From an uncultured delta proteobacterium (GTDB lineage Bacteria; Myxococcota_A; Polyangia; Polyangiales; Polyangiaceae), in NCBI GenBank assembly GCA_963841435.1, contig CAWJCS010000005.1, positions 1,510,708 to 1,574,707 of the forward strand: a stretch of DNA of 64,000 nucleotides, written 5' to 3'. Shown piece by piece: positions 44,138 through 52,187 of the stretch. Under the pieces are notes generated by a model. The model was given only the letters and a program-made list of their open reading frames with translations, was not told where the DNA came from and searched no databases. The translations under genes and the position numbers were made by a program. The number at the start of each line of letters is the position of its first letter. Positions within the stretch are counted from its first letter, which is position 1.

Positions 44138-45205
44138 ATGGCGCTCGACCCCTACCCTTGGGACGCCCTTCCTCGCGTGCCGAAGAGCGCCCTGCCCGGG
44201 CTCGGTCGAGCCCGCGCGAGCTGGATGGCGGCGTTCGATCCCGGCGGGCTCGCGGCCGCGCTCTCGAGCCTCCTCGAGACGCCGGTCGTGCTCAACGTCA
44301 ACGGGTTCGACCTCGGCCCGCCCGAACGACGTTACCCGGAGGTGACGCTGCGGGCCGGCGCGGCGTGGGTCACCCTCGGGCTCGAGCCCGATCTGGTGCA
44401 AGCCATGCTGATGCGCGTGCTCGGGCGTCCGTTCGCGCTCGGCGTTTCATCGAGCACGCTTTCGCCCGCTGTCGCCGGCGCGCTCGCGGCACTCTCGGTC
44501 GAGGTCGCGCGGCGGGTCTCGGCGCTGCCCGTCGCGCTCGAATCCGCGCCAGCCGGCGAGACGGCACTCCGCGTGGGAGCGACACTGACGCTCGAGGGTC
44601 GCCCGTACGCCGGCTACGCTCTCGTCGGCGCGCCGCTCATTGCCCCCGAGGGACCCGCCCCGAACCTCGCGGACCTCGGGGATATCGCGTTGCCCGTCCC
44701 GCTCGTGGTCATGACGTCGCTCGTCACGCGGGCGGAGCTCGAGCTCTTGGTGCCCGGCGCGGCGTTCCTGCCGAGCGAAAGTTGGGTCGACGCGGGTGGC
44801 GTCGGGCGCGGGGTCTTGATCGGCGCCCGGAGCGAGCGCGGGGTCTGGGTGGAGCTGCCTGCCGACGGCAGGATCGTGCTAGGTGACGGGACGGCGGAGC
44901 TCCCTTTCGACGCGGGGAGCGACAAGGACATGACGGCGGACTCCGACGACGTGAACGAGACGCTCACCGAGGCCGCGCTCGAGGCCCCGGTGGTGGTGCG
45001 AGTCGAGCTCGGCGTCGTCAGCTTGTCCGCCCGAAAGTGGGCCGAGCTCCGCCCGGGCGACGTGCTCGAGACAGGGCAACCCCTCGGCGCTCCCGTGCTG
45101 CTACGCATCGCAGGGCGCGCGGTCGCCCGGGGAGAGCTCGTCGCCATCGACGGCGAGGTCGGCGTCCGCATCCGCGAGCTGTTCGGCCAGGCGAGCGAGC
45201 GGTGA
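44138..45205 (+). CDS. SctQ/YscQ/FliN-like protein with C-terminal SpoA (surface presentation of antigens) domain
   Basis: 355-aa ORF. The C-terminal ~80 aa, VVVRVELGVVSLSARKWAELRPGDVLETGQPLGAPVLLRIAGRAVARGELVAIDGEVGVRIREL, is the FliN/SctQ SpoA pattern. No other T3SS or flagellar gene is present in the window. Confidence 0.65.
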   Translation: MALDPYPWDALPRVPKSALPGLGRARASWMAAFDPGGLAAALSSLLETPVVLNVNGFDLGPPERRYPEVTLRAGAAWVTLGLEPDLVQAMLMRVLGRPFALGVSSSTLSPAVAGALAALSVEVARRVSALPVALESAPAGETALRVGATLTLEGRPYAGYALVGAPLIAPEGPAPNLADLGDIALPVPLVVMTSLVTRAELELLVPGAAFLPSESWVDAGGVGRGVLIGARSERGVWVELPADGRIVLGDGTAELPFDAGSDKDMTADSDDVNETLTEAALEAPVVVRVELGVVSLSARKWAELRPGDVLETGQPLGAPVLLRIAGRAVARGELVAIDGEVGVRIRELFGQASER

Positions 45206-45270
45206 CCACCTCGGGGCGGCCGGGCGGGGCTTCGCGGTGAGCGCCGACGGCATCGCTGAACGCCTCGAAC

Positions 45271-45972
45271 GTGTGCGCGAGCGCGTCGAACGCAGCGGCG
45301 GCGCGCGCCGGACGACCCGGCGGCGTGCTTTTGGTTGCGGTTTCCAAGGGGCAGCCGGCGGTCGCGCTGCGGGTGGCACACGCCGCAGGGCAGCGTCACT
45401 TCGGCGAGAACTACGTGCAGGAGCTCGTCGAGAAGGCGGGCGTCCTCGCCGATCTCGACGGCATTCGCTTCCATTTCATCGGTCACCTACAGCGCAACAA
45501 GGCGCGCCACGTCGTGCGCGTCGCTCAGGCCATGCACAGCGTCAACTCGATCGCGCTCGCAAAGGAGCTTGGACACCGCGCGGGAGGCACCGACATCCCC
45601 GAAGCGCGCCGCGCCTTCGGAGGCGACGGGCGTTTGCCCGTGCTCGCCGAGGTGAGCATCGCGGGGGAAGCGCAAAAGAGCGGCGTTTCACCAGAGCGTC
45701 TCGGCGAGTTGCTCGAAGCCGTGGAGCGGCAGCCGGGCCTGCGCCTCACGGGTCTCATGGCAGTCCCACCGCTCGCCACCGAGCCGGACGCCGCGACACC
45801 CCATTTCGAAGCGCTTGCTCGGCTGCGCGAAGAGCACGGCGGAGCCGCGCGGCTGCCCGAGCTCAGCATGGGCATGACCGCCGACTTCGAGCAGGCCGTG
45901 GGAGCGGGTGCAACGGTGGTACGGATCGGAAGCGCGATCTTCGGACCGCGCCCCGGGCGCCGGGAGGCGTGA
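45271..45972 (+). CDS. yggS: YggS-family pyridoxal-phosphate homeostasis protein; ancestral N-terminus lies in another frame from 45237
   Basis: LLVAVSKGQP...HFGENYVQEL...FHFIGHLQRNKA...HSV.S...L.EV.I.GE..KSG......GLMAVPP....ELSMGMT.DFE.A...GAT.VRIGSAIFG. The frame-0 stretch SADGIAERLERVRERVE (45240-45290) is the usual YggS N-terminal helix. Confidence 0.85.
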   Translation: MCASASNAAAARAGRPGGVLLVAVSKGQPAVALRVAHAAGQRHFGENYVQELVEKAGVLADLDGIRFHFIGHLQRNKARHVVRVAQAMHSVNSIALAKELGHRAGGTDIPEARRAFGGDGRLPVLAEVSIAGEAQKSGVSPERLGELLEAVERQPGLRLTGLMAVPPLATEPDAATPHFEALARLREEHGGAARLPELSMGMTADFEQAVGAGATVVRIGSAIFGPRPGRREA

Positions 45973-47342
45973 TGTCCCGCGCACGCGGACGCAAGCCGGG
46001 CGACGCGGGACCGACCTTGCTGGAGCGGGCGGCCGAGCGCGGGGCCTTCGGCGGTCCACAGGCTCCGCTCGCGGATCGCATGCGGCCGCGCACGCTCGAC
46101 GAGATCGTGGGCCAACGAGCGCTGCTCGCGCGCGGCAAGCCGCTACGCGAGGCGATCGAAGGCGATCGCATGCCGTCGTTCTTGCTCTGGGGGCCACCCG
46201 GCTCCGGCAAGACGACGCTCGCGAGCGTCATTGCCAAAACGACGCGCACGGAGTTCGTCCCCTTTTCGGCCGTTCTCGCGGGGATTCCGGAGCTGCGCGA
46301 AATCATTCGCGAGGCGCGCGAGCGCCGATCCTATCAGGGTCGCGGCACGACGCTTTTCGTCGACGAAATCCACCGCTTCAACAAGGGCCAGCAGGACGCC
46401 TTCCTGCCGCACCTCGAAAGCGGAACGATCGTGCTCGTTGGTGCGACGACCGAGAATCCGTCGTTCGCCGTCAATGCGGCGCTGCTCTCGCGCTGCCGCG
46501 TCTTTCGGCTCGAAGCGCTCGGCGAGGCCGATCTCGTCACCTTGCTCGAGCGCGCCATCGAGGATACCGAGCGCGGGCTCGGTGAGCAAAAGCTCGAGGC
46601 CGACGCGGAGGCGCTTTCTCTCGTGGCTCGGGCCGCGCGGGGCGACGGGCGGCGCGCGCTCGGTCTGCTCGAAGTGGCCGCTGATCTCGCCGGACCGGGG
46701 GGCCGCGTCGACCTCGCGCTCGTCGAGCGAGCCGGTGAGCACCGCACGCTGCTCTACGACAAGGCCGGTGAGGAGCACTACAACGTCACGAGCGCGCTCA
46801 TCAAATCGCTGAGGGGAAGCGATCCCGACGCCGCGCTTTACTGGCTTTTTCGCATGCTCGACGCAGGGGACGACCCGCTCTTTCTGCTGCGCCGTCTCAT
46901 GATCTTCGCGAGCGAAGACGTCGGCAACGCGGATCCGCGCGCGTTGTCCGTCGCCGTCGACGCCGACGCTGCGTTTCGCCGCATGGGCATGCCCGAGGGC
47001 GCGTTTCCCCTCGCGCACGCCTGCCTCTACCTGGCGAGCTGCCCGAAATCGAACGCCGTGAAGAGCGCCATGTCGGCCGTGCGTGCCAGCATCGACGAGC
47101 GCGGCGCGCTCCCCGTGCCGAAGAAACTGCGCAACGCCGTCACGCGCCTGATGCGGGAAGAGGGTTACGCCGACGGCTACCGCTATCCGCCGGATCACGC
47201 GGGCAGCTTCGTGCCCGGCGAGACTTACCTTCCCGACGAGCTCGTCGGCCGACGTTTCTACGATCCGACGGATCAAGGGCTCGAGAAAGCGATCGGCGAG
47301 CGCCTCGGGCGCTTGCGGCACAAAAAGCCAGAAGAGAGCTAG
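45972..47342 (+). CDS. rarA: replication-associated recombination protein A (RarA/MgsA AAA+ ATPase)
   Basis: Met 246 of ORF 45237..47342; the ATG shares 1 nt with the yggS TGA. LADRMRPRTLDEIVGQ...LLWGPPGSGKTTLA...LFVDEIHRFNK.QQDAFLP..E.G...LVGATTENP.F.......YD..GEEHYN..SA..KS.RGSD.DAALYW...M...G.DP. Confidence 0.93.
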   Translation: MSRARGRKPGDAGPTLLERAAERGAFGGPQAPLADRMRPRTLDEIVGQRALLARGKPLREAIEGDRMPSFLLWGPPGSGKTTLASVIAKTTRTEFVPFSAVLAGIPELREIIREARERRSYQGRGTTLFVDEIHRFNKGQQDAFLPHLESGTIVLVGATTENPSFAVNAALLSRCRVFRLEALGEADLVTLLERAIEDTERGLGEQKLEADAEALSLVARAARGDGRRALGLLEVAADLAGPGGRVDLALVERAGEHRTLLYDKAGEEHYNVTSALIKSLRGSDPDAALYWLFRMLDAGDDPLFLLRRLMIFASEDVGNADPRALSVAVDADAAFRRMGMPEGAFPLAHACLYLASCPKSNAVKSAMSAVRASIDERGALPVPKKLRNAVTRLMREEGYADGYRYPPDHAGSFVPGETYLPDELVGRRFYDPTDQGLEKAIGERLGRLRHKKPEES

Positions 47343-47400
47343 CTCGCGCGGACCTGCCGCGCAGGATCACGCGCGGCCAGGCTCGGGGTAGAGTCGGGCC

Positions 47401-48738
47401 ATGCGCGCCCTCGCAGGGCTCCTCTTCGTGATCGTGGTGTCGGGCGGGTGCGGAGAGCGCCGCGAGGCGTCCGCTCCGCCGCCGAGAAGCCCAGCCGTCT
47501 GCGAGGACGAGAAGCGGGCGCTCCTTTTCGTCGTGGCGGCGCTCCCCGACCACGCGCTTTCCGTGGAACGGCTCGGCCCGCTTCCCGAGTCCACGCTGGG
47601 AGCGGCCCCGCTCGCGGGACCGGTGCTCGTCGTGAGCGAGCGTGCGCTGTCGCTCGACGGGGAGACGGTCACGCCCGCGACGATCGGAGAGCGCCTCGGA
47701 ACCCGCTCGGCGCCCAAGACGCTCTACGTCGCCGCGGAGCCGGCGACCACCATCGGACGCATTCGTGCCGCAGTCGCGTCGGTCCCGAAGGGTGTCGAGC
47801 TCTCGTTGCTCGTCCGTGCGCACGACGACCAGGCGAGCCATCCTGCGAACACCACGCCGGAGCGCGCGAAACCGCTCGTCGAGGGCGTGCTCGCCGAGCG
47901 CGACGAAGCGGCGCGGGACGAGCTCCTCAGGCGCGGTTACGAAGAGCTCGCGAGCTGCCAAGCGCTGTCCACGGCCGTCGCACGCGCCGATGCCGCGCCC
48001 GCGGACAAGCGTTGGGCCATCCGACGCAGCGCCGCCCTCGAGGCGCTACCCGGCTGCCCCTGCGACACCCTGCAGTCTCCGGAGCTTGGCGCCCTGTTCG
48101 CGGCCGAGCAACGCGCAGGAACTGCCACCCTCGCCGCGATTCCATTTTCGTTCGTTCGAGACCAGCGCTGCGGCGCGAGCATGCCGTTGCGTTCGGTCGC
48201 TCGACTGCTCGAGCAGATCGAGCGTTTCGATGCCGACTACGCCGGCACCTGGCAGGACGACGCCCTGCGCTTCGACGCCGTAGTGACGAACGACCGGCTG
48301 CTCGTGCAGTTCTGCGACGCGCTGCCGGGCGAGACGCTGGCGGCGCTCGCACGTGCCAAGGCGACGCTCTACTTTCGCGCGTCCGGCAGCGACGCTTGCC
48401 AAGGCTTTCACTTCGAGCCGCTCTCCCCCGGCGCCCCGATGGGCACCTGGCGGCGCACGGCCCACGCCGGTCCTCTGCTCGCGTTTCACTACTGGCAAGC
48501 AGCCGAGGAGATCAGCGTGTTCGGTCCGCTCGTCGCGGGAACGCCCAGCAAGCCCACCGACGAGCACGAATGGCCCTGCCGAACGACATTGCACCTCGTC
48601 GGAATCGACGGTGACTCGATCGAGACCGACGCCGGGCGGCTGTTTTTCGAGGAACGCACCTGTCGAGCCGCGCCCCCGAGCGCGAGCGCGGCTCCCACCG
48701 CGTGCTTCGCGTCCCTCGGCACGGGTGACGCGCCATGA
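47401..48738 (+). CDS. lipoprotein, unknown function
   Basis: 445-aa ORF with signal MRALAGLLFVIVVSGGCGE, good codon bias and several Cys pairs. No family recognised. Confidence 0.65.
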   Translation: MRALAGLLFVIVVSGGCGERREASAPPPRSPAVCEDEKRALLFVVAALPDHALSVERLGPLPESTLGAAPLAGPVLVVSERALSLDGETVTPATIGERLGTRSAPKTLYVAAEPATTIGRIRAAVASVPKGVELSLLVRAHDDQASHPANTTPERAKPLVEGVLAERDEAARDELLRRGYEELASCQALSTAVARADAAPADKRWAIRRSAALEALPGCPCDTLQSPELGALFAAEQRAGTATLAAIPFSFVRDQRCGASMPLRSVARLLEQIERFDADYAGTWQDDALRFDAVVTNDRLLVQFCDALPGETLAALARAKATLYFRASGSDACQGFHFEPLSPGAPMGTWRRTAHAGPLLAFHYWQAAEEISVFGPLVAGTPSKPTDEHEWPCRTTLHLVGIDGDSIETDAGRLFFEERTCRAAPPSASAAPTACFASLGTGDAP

Positions 48739-49053
48739 GCCATCGCGCGGCGGCGAGGGCCCGAGGGTTCGCCCGGTCGCATTGATCACTCACGGCAGAG
48801 CACCTCGTGGTTGGCGCACCTACCCGCGACGGGCGGGAGCCGCGCTCGGCAGCTGCCTGCTCGGCGTGGCGCGCTCGACACAATTCGGCGCGCAGCCCGA
48901 GCCGCTGAGCTTCGCGATTCCGATCGCCACGCGCGTCGTCCGGCGCTAACCGGGCCCGAGCGCTCTCTCTCGCCCGGACGCCGCAGCCCCTCCCGGCCGG
49001 CCGATGACGGCAACTCGAGGGCGAGCCCTGGCGACGCGCCGGGGCAGGCCGGG

Positions 49054-49560
49054 TCAGCGCGTCGTGAGCGGCCCCAAGAAGTCGAGCTTGCCGAGCTCGA
49101 CGCCGTTGTGGCGCAAGATCGCGTAGGCCGTCGTGAGGTGAAAATAGAAGTTTGGTAGCTGCATCTCGAAGAGGTAGTCCCAGCCGGAGATGTGCTTGCC
49201 GTGGAGGGGCGGCGGCGCGATGAGCCGCGTCTCGGCGCCGGTGAAGTCCTCGGGCTTGAGGGTGTCGAGGTATTCGAGCACCGAGGTGATGCGTGCGCGA
49301 ACCTCGTCGACCGTCCTCTCGCTGTCCGGGTGGCGGGGCGCTTCCTTGGCGGCGAGGCGCGCGCTCGTAAACTTCGCCGTGTCGCACGCGGCACCGCACT
49401 GCTGGACGAGCGCGAACTGGTCGGGGGCGAGGCGCGCCGACATCAGGATCTCGGGATCGAATCGCTTCCGATCGGCGTGGGCGACGGCTAGATCGATCCA
49501 ACGCTCCAGGTTTCGGAGCTTTTTCCTGAATTCGGCTACAGACGCTCGGTAAAGATCCAT
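49054..49560 (-). CDS. DUF1993-family protein
   Basis: Met 39 of ORF 49054..49674. MDLYRASVAEFRKKLRNLERWIDLA...FDPEILMSARLAPDQFALVQQ...ISGWDYLFEMQLPNFYFHLTTAYAILRHNGVELGKLDFLG matches the DUF1993 pattern as I recall it. Confidence 0.75.
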   Translation of the reverse strand: MDLYRASVAEFRKKLRNLERWIDLAVAHADRKRFDPEILMSARLAPDQFALVQQCGAACDTAKFTSARLAAKEAPRHPDSERTVDEVRARITSVLEYLDTLKPEDFTGAETRLIAPPPLHGKHISGWDYLFEMQLPNFYFHLTTAYAILRHNGVELGKLDFLGPLTTR

Positions 49561-49642
49561 GGATCGGGTCTGCCGTCGTCTGCTTACCGCCGACGGCACA
49601 CCACGGCCAGTGCCCAGCCGGGCAAGGGGGCTACACTCGGCC

Positions 49643-49834
49643 ATGGCCTTGTTCACGGGTGGTGCCATCGGCACCTTGATCCGCCTGCGCTGTCCGCGCT
49701 GCCGGACGGTTCAGGCCCGCGCCCGCAAGCCGGGGGGCAAGAAGGTGGTGTACCGATGCAGCACCTGCCATGCGCCGTTCTCGCGCGAGCAGGGCGAAGC
49801 CGCTGCACGCCCCAAAGCAGGGGGCCGGCGCTGA
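49643..49834 (+). CDS. small zinc-ribbon protein
   Basis: Met 29 of ORF 49559..49834: MALFTGGAIGTLIRLRCPRCRTVQARARKPGGKKVVYRCSTCHAPF... It has two CxxC pairs and G/C-rich third positions. Confidence 0.5.
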   Translation: MALFTGGAIGTLIRLRCPRCRTVQARARKPGGKKVVYRCSTCHAPFSREQGEAAARPKAGGRR

Positions 49835-49850
49835 GGCGCCATGGGCAACC

Positions 49851-51551
49851 GTGCACTCGTTCGAGCTCGTCTCTCTGCTCGCCGGAGGTCTCGCCGCGGC
49901 GCTCCTGCTCGGGCTCGTGGCGCACCGGCTGCGCCTGCCTCCAATCGTCGGCTACCTGGTCGCCGGCGTGCTCGTCGGCCCGCACACGCCCGGCTTCGTC
50001 GCCAACGACGGCCTCGCACGCCAGCTCTCGGAGGTCGGCGTCATCCTGCTGCTCTTCGGCGTGGGCCTCGAATTCCACCCGGAGAAGCTCGTCGCCGTGG
50101 GCCGCGTGGCCGTGCCCGCCGCCATCGGTCAGCTCGTGCTCGTGACGGCCGCTGCAGCATTGACGCTGCGCGGGTTCGGCTTCGCCCCCACGGGCGCCGT
50201 CGTGATGGGGATTGCGCTCTCGGTGTCGAGCACGGTCGTCGTGACACGCATGCTGGCCGAACGCCGCGAGCTGCATACTTCGACGGGGCACCTCGCCGTC
50301 GGGTGGTTGCTGACGGAGGATCTGGTCACGGTGCTCGTGCTCGTGCTGCTCCCGGGTCTCGTGGGGGCGCATGCGGGGGCCCGGGACGTTCTCTGGCTAG
50401 CAGGTGTTTCGCTCCTCAAGCTCGGCGCTCTCATCGGCTTCACGCTGCTCGCCGGGGGCCGCTTGATCCCGTGGCTGCTCGCGCGCGTCGCTGCCACGCG
50501 CTCGCGTGAGCTCTTCACGCTCTCGGTCCTCGCGCTGGCGCTCGGCATCGGCGTCGCCGCCGCGGAGCTCTTCGGCGCCTCGATGGCACTCGGCGCCTTT
50601 CTCGCGGGTCTCGTCGTGGGGCGCTCCGAATTCGCGTTCCGCGCGGCCACCGAGGCGCTCCCCATGCGCGACGCATTCGCCGTGCTGTTCTTCGTGTCGG
50701 TGGGCATGCTCTTCGATCCGGCCTTCTTGCTCGAACGCCCCGGGCTGGTCCTCGCAGCGCTCGGGTTCGTGATCGTGGTAAAGCCCCTCGTCGCTGCGAT
50801 CTGTCTGCGCGCGCTAGGCCGCCCCGCACGCTCGGCGCTGACCGTCGGCGTGGGCCGCGGACAGATCGGCGAATTTTCCTTCATCCTAGGCGGCCTCGGC
50901 AGCGAGCTCGGCGTGCTGCCCGCCGCCGCCGGCAACGCCCTCGTGGCCACGGCGATTCTCTCCATCACGCTCAATCCTCTGCTGTTCAAGCTCGCGCCAC
51001 GCGCCGAAGCGCTGCTGCCGGGGCCGCCGGTAGGGACGGACGAGGCGTCCGTCGCGCGCCGCAGCGCCGAAAAGCGGCACCGAGCGGTCATCATCGGCTA
51101 CGGCCCCGTGGGGCGCGCCGTGTCGCGCCTACTCGCCGACAGCGGCATCGAACCGACGGTCGTCGAGCTCAACCTCGACACCGTGCGCGCGCTTCGCGAG
51201 CGGGGGCAGCCCGCCGTGTACGGCGACGCCAGTCGCCGCGAAACGCTCGAGGAAGCTGGCCTACACGGCGCGATCGCGCTCGTTTTGAGCGCTCCGCTCG
51301 AGGGCGGCGCCGAGGGCATCGTGCGCCAAGCGCGCGACATCAACCCCGCCGTCTACGTGATCGCGCGAGCCGGATTCCTCGCCGAAGTGCCCGGGCTCAA
51401 GCGCGCCGGCGCCGATGCCGCATGCTCGGGTGAAGGGGAAATCGCTCTCGCGATGACCGAGCTCGTGCTCACGCGCCTTGGCGCGACGCCCGAGCAGATC
51501 GATCGCGAGCGCGCGCGCGTCCACGGGGATCTCGGCGGAGCGACGAGCTGA
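49851..51551 (+). CDS. CPA2-family monovalent cation:proton antiporter with C-terminal RCK/TrkA-N domain (KefB/YbaL-like)
   Basis: ORF 49770..51551. The GTG at 49851 gives VHSFELVSLLAGGLAAALLLGLVAHRLRLPPIVGYLVAGVLVGPHTPGFV, like the YbaL N-terminus. It has about 12 TMs, then AVIIGYGPVGRAVSRLL...VVELN (a Rossmann GxGxxG). Confidence 0.9.
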   Translation: MHSFELVSLLAGGLAAALLLGLVAHRLRLPPIVGYLVAGVLVGPHTPGFVANDGLARQLSEVGVILLLFGVGLEFHPEKLVAVGRVAVPAAIGQLVLVTAAAALTLRGFGFAPTGAVVMGIALSVSSTVVVTRMLAERRELHTSTGHLAVGWLLTEDLVTVLVLVLLPGLVGAHAGARDVLWLAGVSLLKLGALIGFTLLAGGRLIPWLLARVAATRSRELFTLSVLALALGIGVAAAELFGASMALGAFLAGLVVGRSEFAFRAATEALPMRDAFAVLFFVSVGMLFDPAFLLERPGLVLAALGFVIVVKPLVAAICLRALGRPARSALTVGVGRGQIGEFSFILGGLGSELGVLPAAAGNALVATAILSITLNPLLFKLAPRAEALLPGPPVGTDEASVARRSAEKRHRAVIIGYGPVGRAVSRLLADSGIEPTVVELNLDTVRALRERGQPAVYGDASRRETLEEAGLHGAIALVLSAPLEGGAEGIVRQARDINPAVYVIARAGFLAEVPGLKRAGADAACSGEGEIALAMTELVLTRLGATPEQIDRERARVHGDLGGATS

Positions 51552-51586
51552 GCCGACGGGCGCGAGGGAGGCGCCGCGGGAACGGG

Positions 51587-52132
51587 CTACACGCCTCCCG
51601 CGGTGAGCTCGCACAGCGCCGGCAGGTTGCGGTACTGCTGCGCACAGTCGAGGCCGTAGCCGACGATGAACGCGTCGCCGACGACGAAGCCGACGTAGTC
51701 CACCGGTACCTCGACCTTGCGGCGCGAAGGCTTGTCGAGCAGCGCGCAAACCCGAACGCTGCGGGCGTTGCGCGCCTTGAGCAGGTTCAGGATGTACGCG
51801 AGTGTTAGACCGGTATCGACGATGTCTTCCACCACGAGCAGGTCCTCGCCTTCGATCGGGTGGGCGAGGTCCTGGATGATCCGCACGGCGCCCGTCGAGG
51901 TCGTCCCACTTCCGTAGCTTTGCACGCCGAGAAACTCGACGCGCACGGGCAGGGGCACCGAACGCACGAGATCCGCCGCGAACACGAAGCTTCCCTTGAG
52001 CACCGGCACGACGACGGGCGCTTGCTCGCCGTAGTCTCGCGCAATCGTCGCACCGAGCTCACCGACGCGCGCCGCGATTTGCGCTGCGGTGTACAGCACG
52101 CGGACAGCGCTCGGCAGGGGGAACTCCGGCAT
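51587..52132 (-). CDS. hpt: hypoxanthine phosphoribosyltransferase
   Basis: 181 aa: ...VVPVLKGSFVFAADLVR......VEFLGVQSYG.......DLLVVEDIVDTGLTL.....L........VCALLDKP.RR.....DYVGF......F.VGYGLD. Confidence 0.93.
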   Translation of the reverse strand: MPEFPLPSAVRVLYTAAQIAARVGELGATIARDYGEQAPVVVPVLKGSFVFAADLVRSVPLPVRVEFLGVQSYGSGTTSTGAVRIIQDLAHPIEGEDLLVVEDIVDTGLTLAYILNLLKARNARSVRVCALLDKPSRRKVEVPVDYVGFVVGDAFIVGYGLDCAQQYRNLPALCELTAGGV

Positions 52133-52187
52133 CGATCGCCACGATTAGCGGGCTCGATGTCGCGGGTCAACCGCTGCCCGCACCGCT

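Noticed and set aside
44138-45205. Presence of a type III secretion or flagellar gene cluster.
   Set aside because: Only the single SpoA-domain gene is present. No SctN/V/R/S/T/U/J/C or flagellar genes occur anywhere in the window, so it is reported as an orphan rather than a system.
45237-47342. Very long ORFs with junk N-terminal extensions taken at face value: the 701-aa ORF 45237..47342, 606-aa 3734..5554, 604-aa 15924..17738, 750-aa 41839..44091, 441-aa 24125..25450 and 601-aa 61356..63161.
   Set aside because: The first 70-300 residues are Arg-rich and overlap the real upstream gene in another frame. Sensible N-termini (signal peptides, conserved motifs, ATGA/GTGA junctions) begin at internal starts.
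48739-49053. Possible small gene in the 315-bp convergent gap between the 47401..48738 lipoprotein and the DUF1993 gene (ORFs 48786..49394, 48811..49158 and 48353..48949 cross it).
   Set aside because: All frames give Arg/Pro/Ala-rich low-information peptides with mixed third-position usage. No start plus RBS combination is present.
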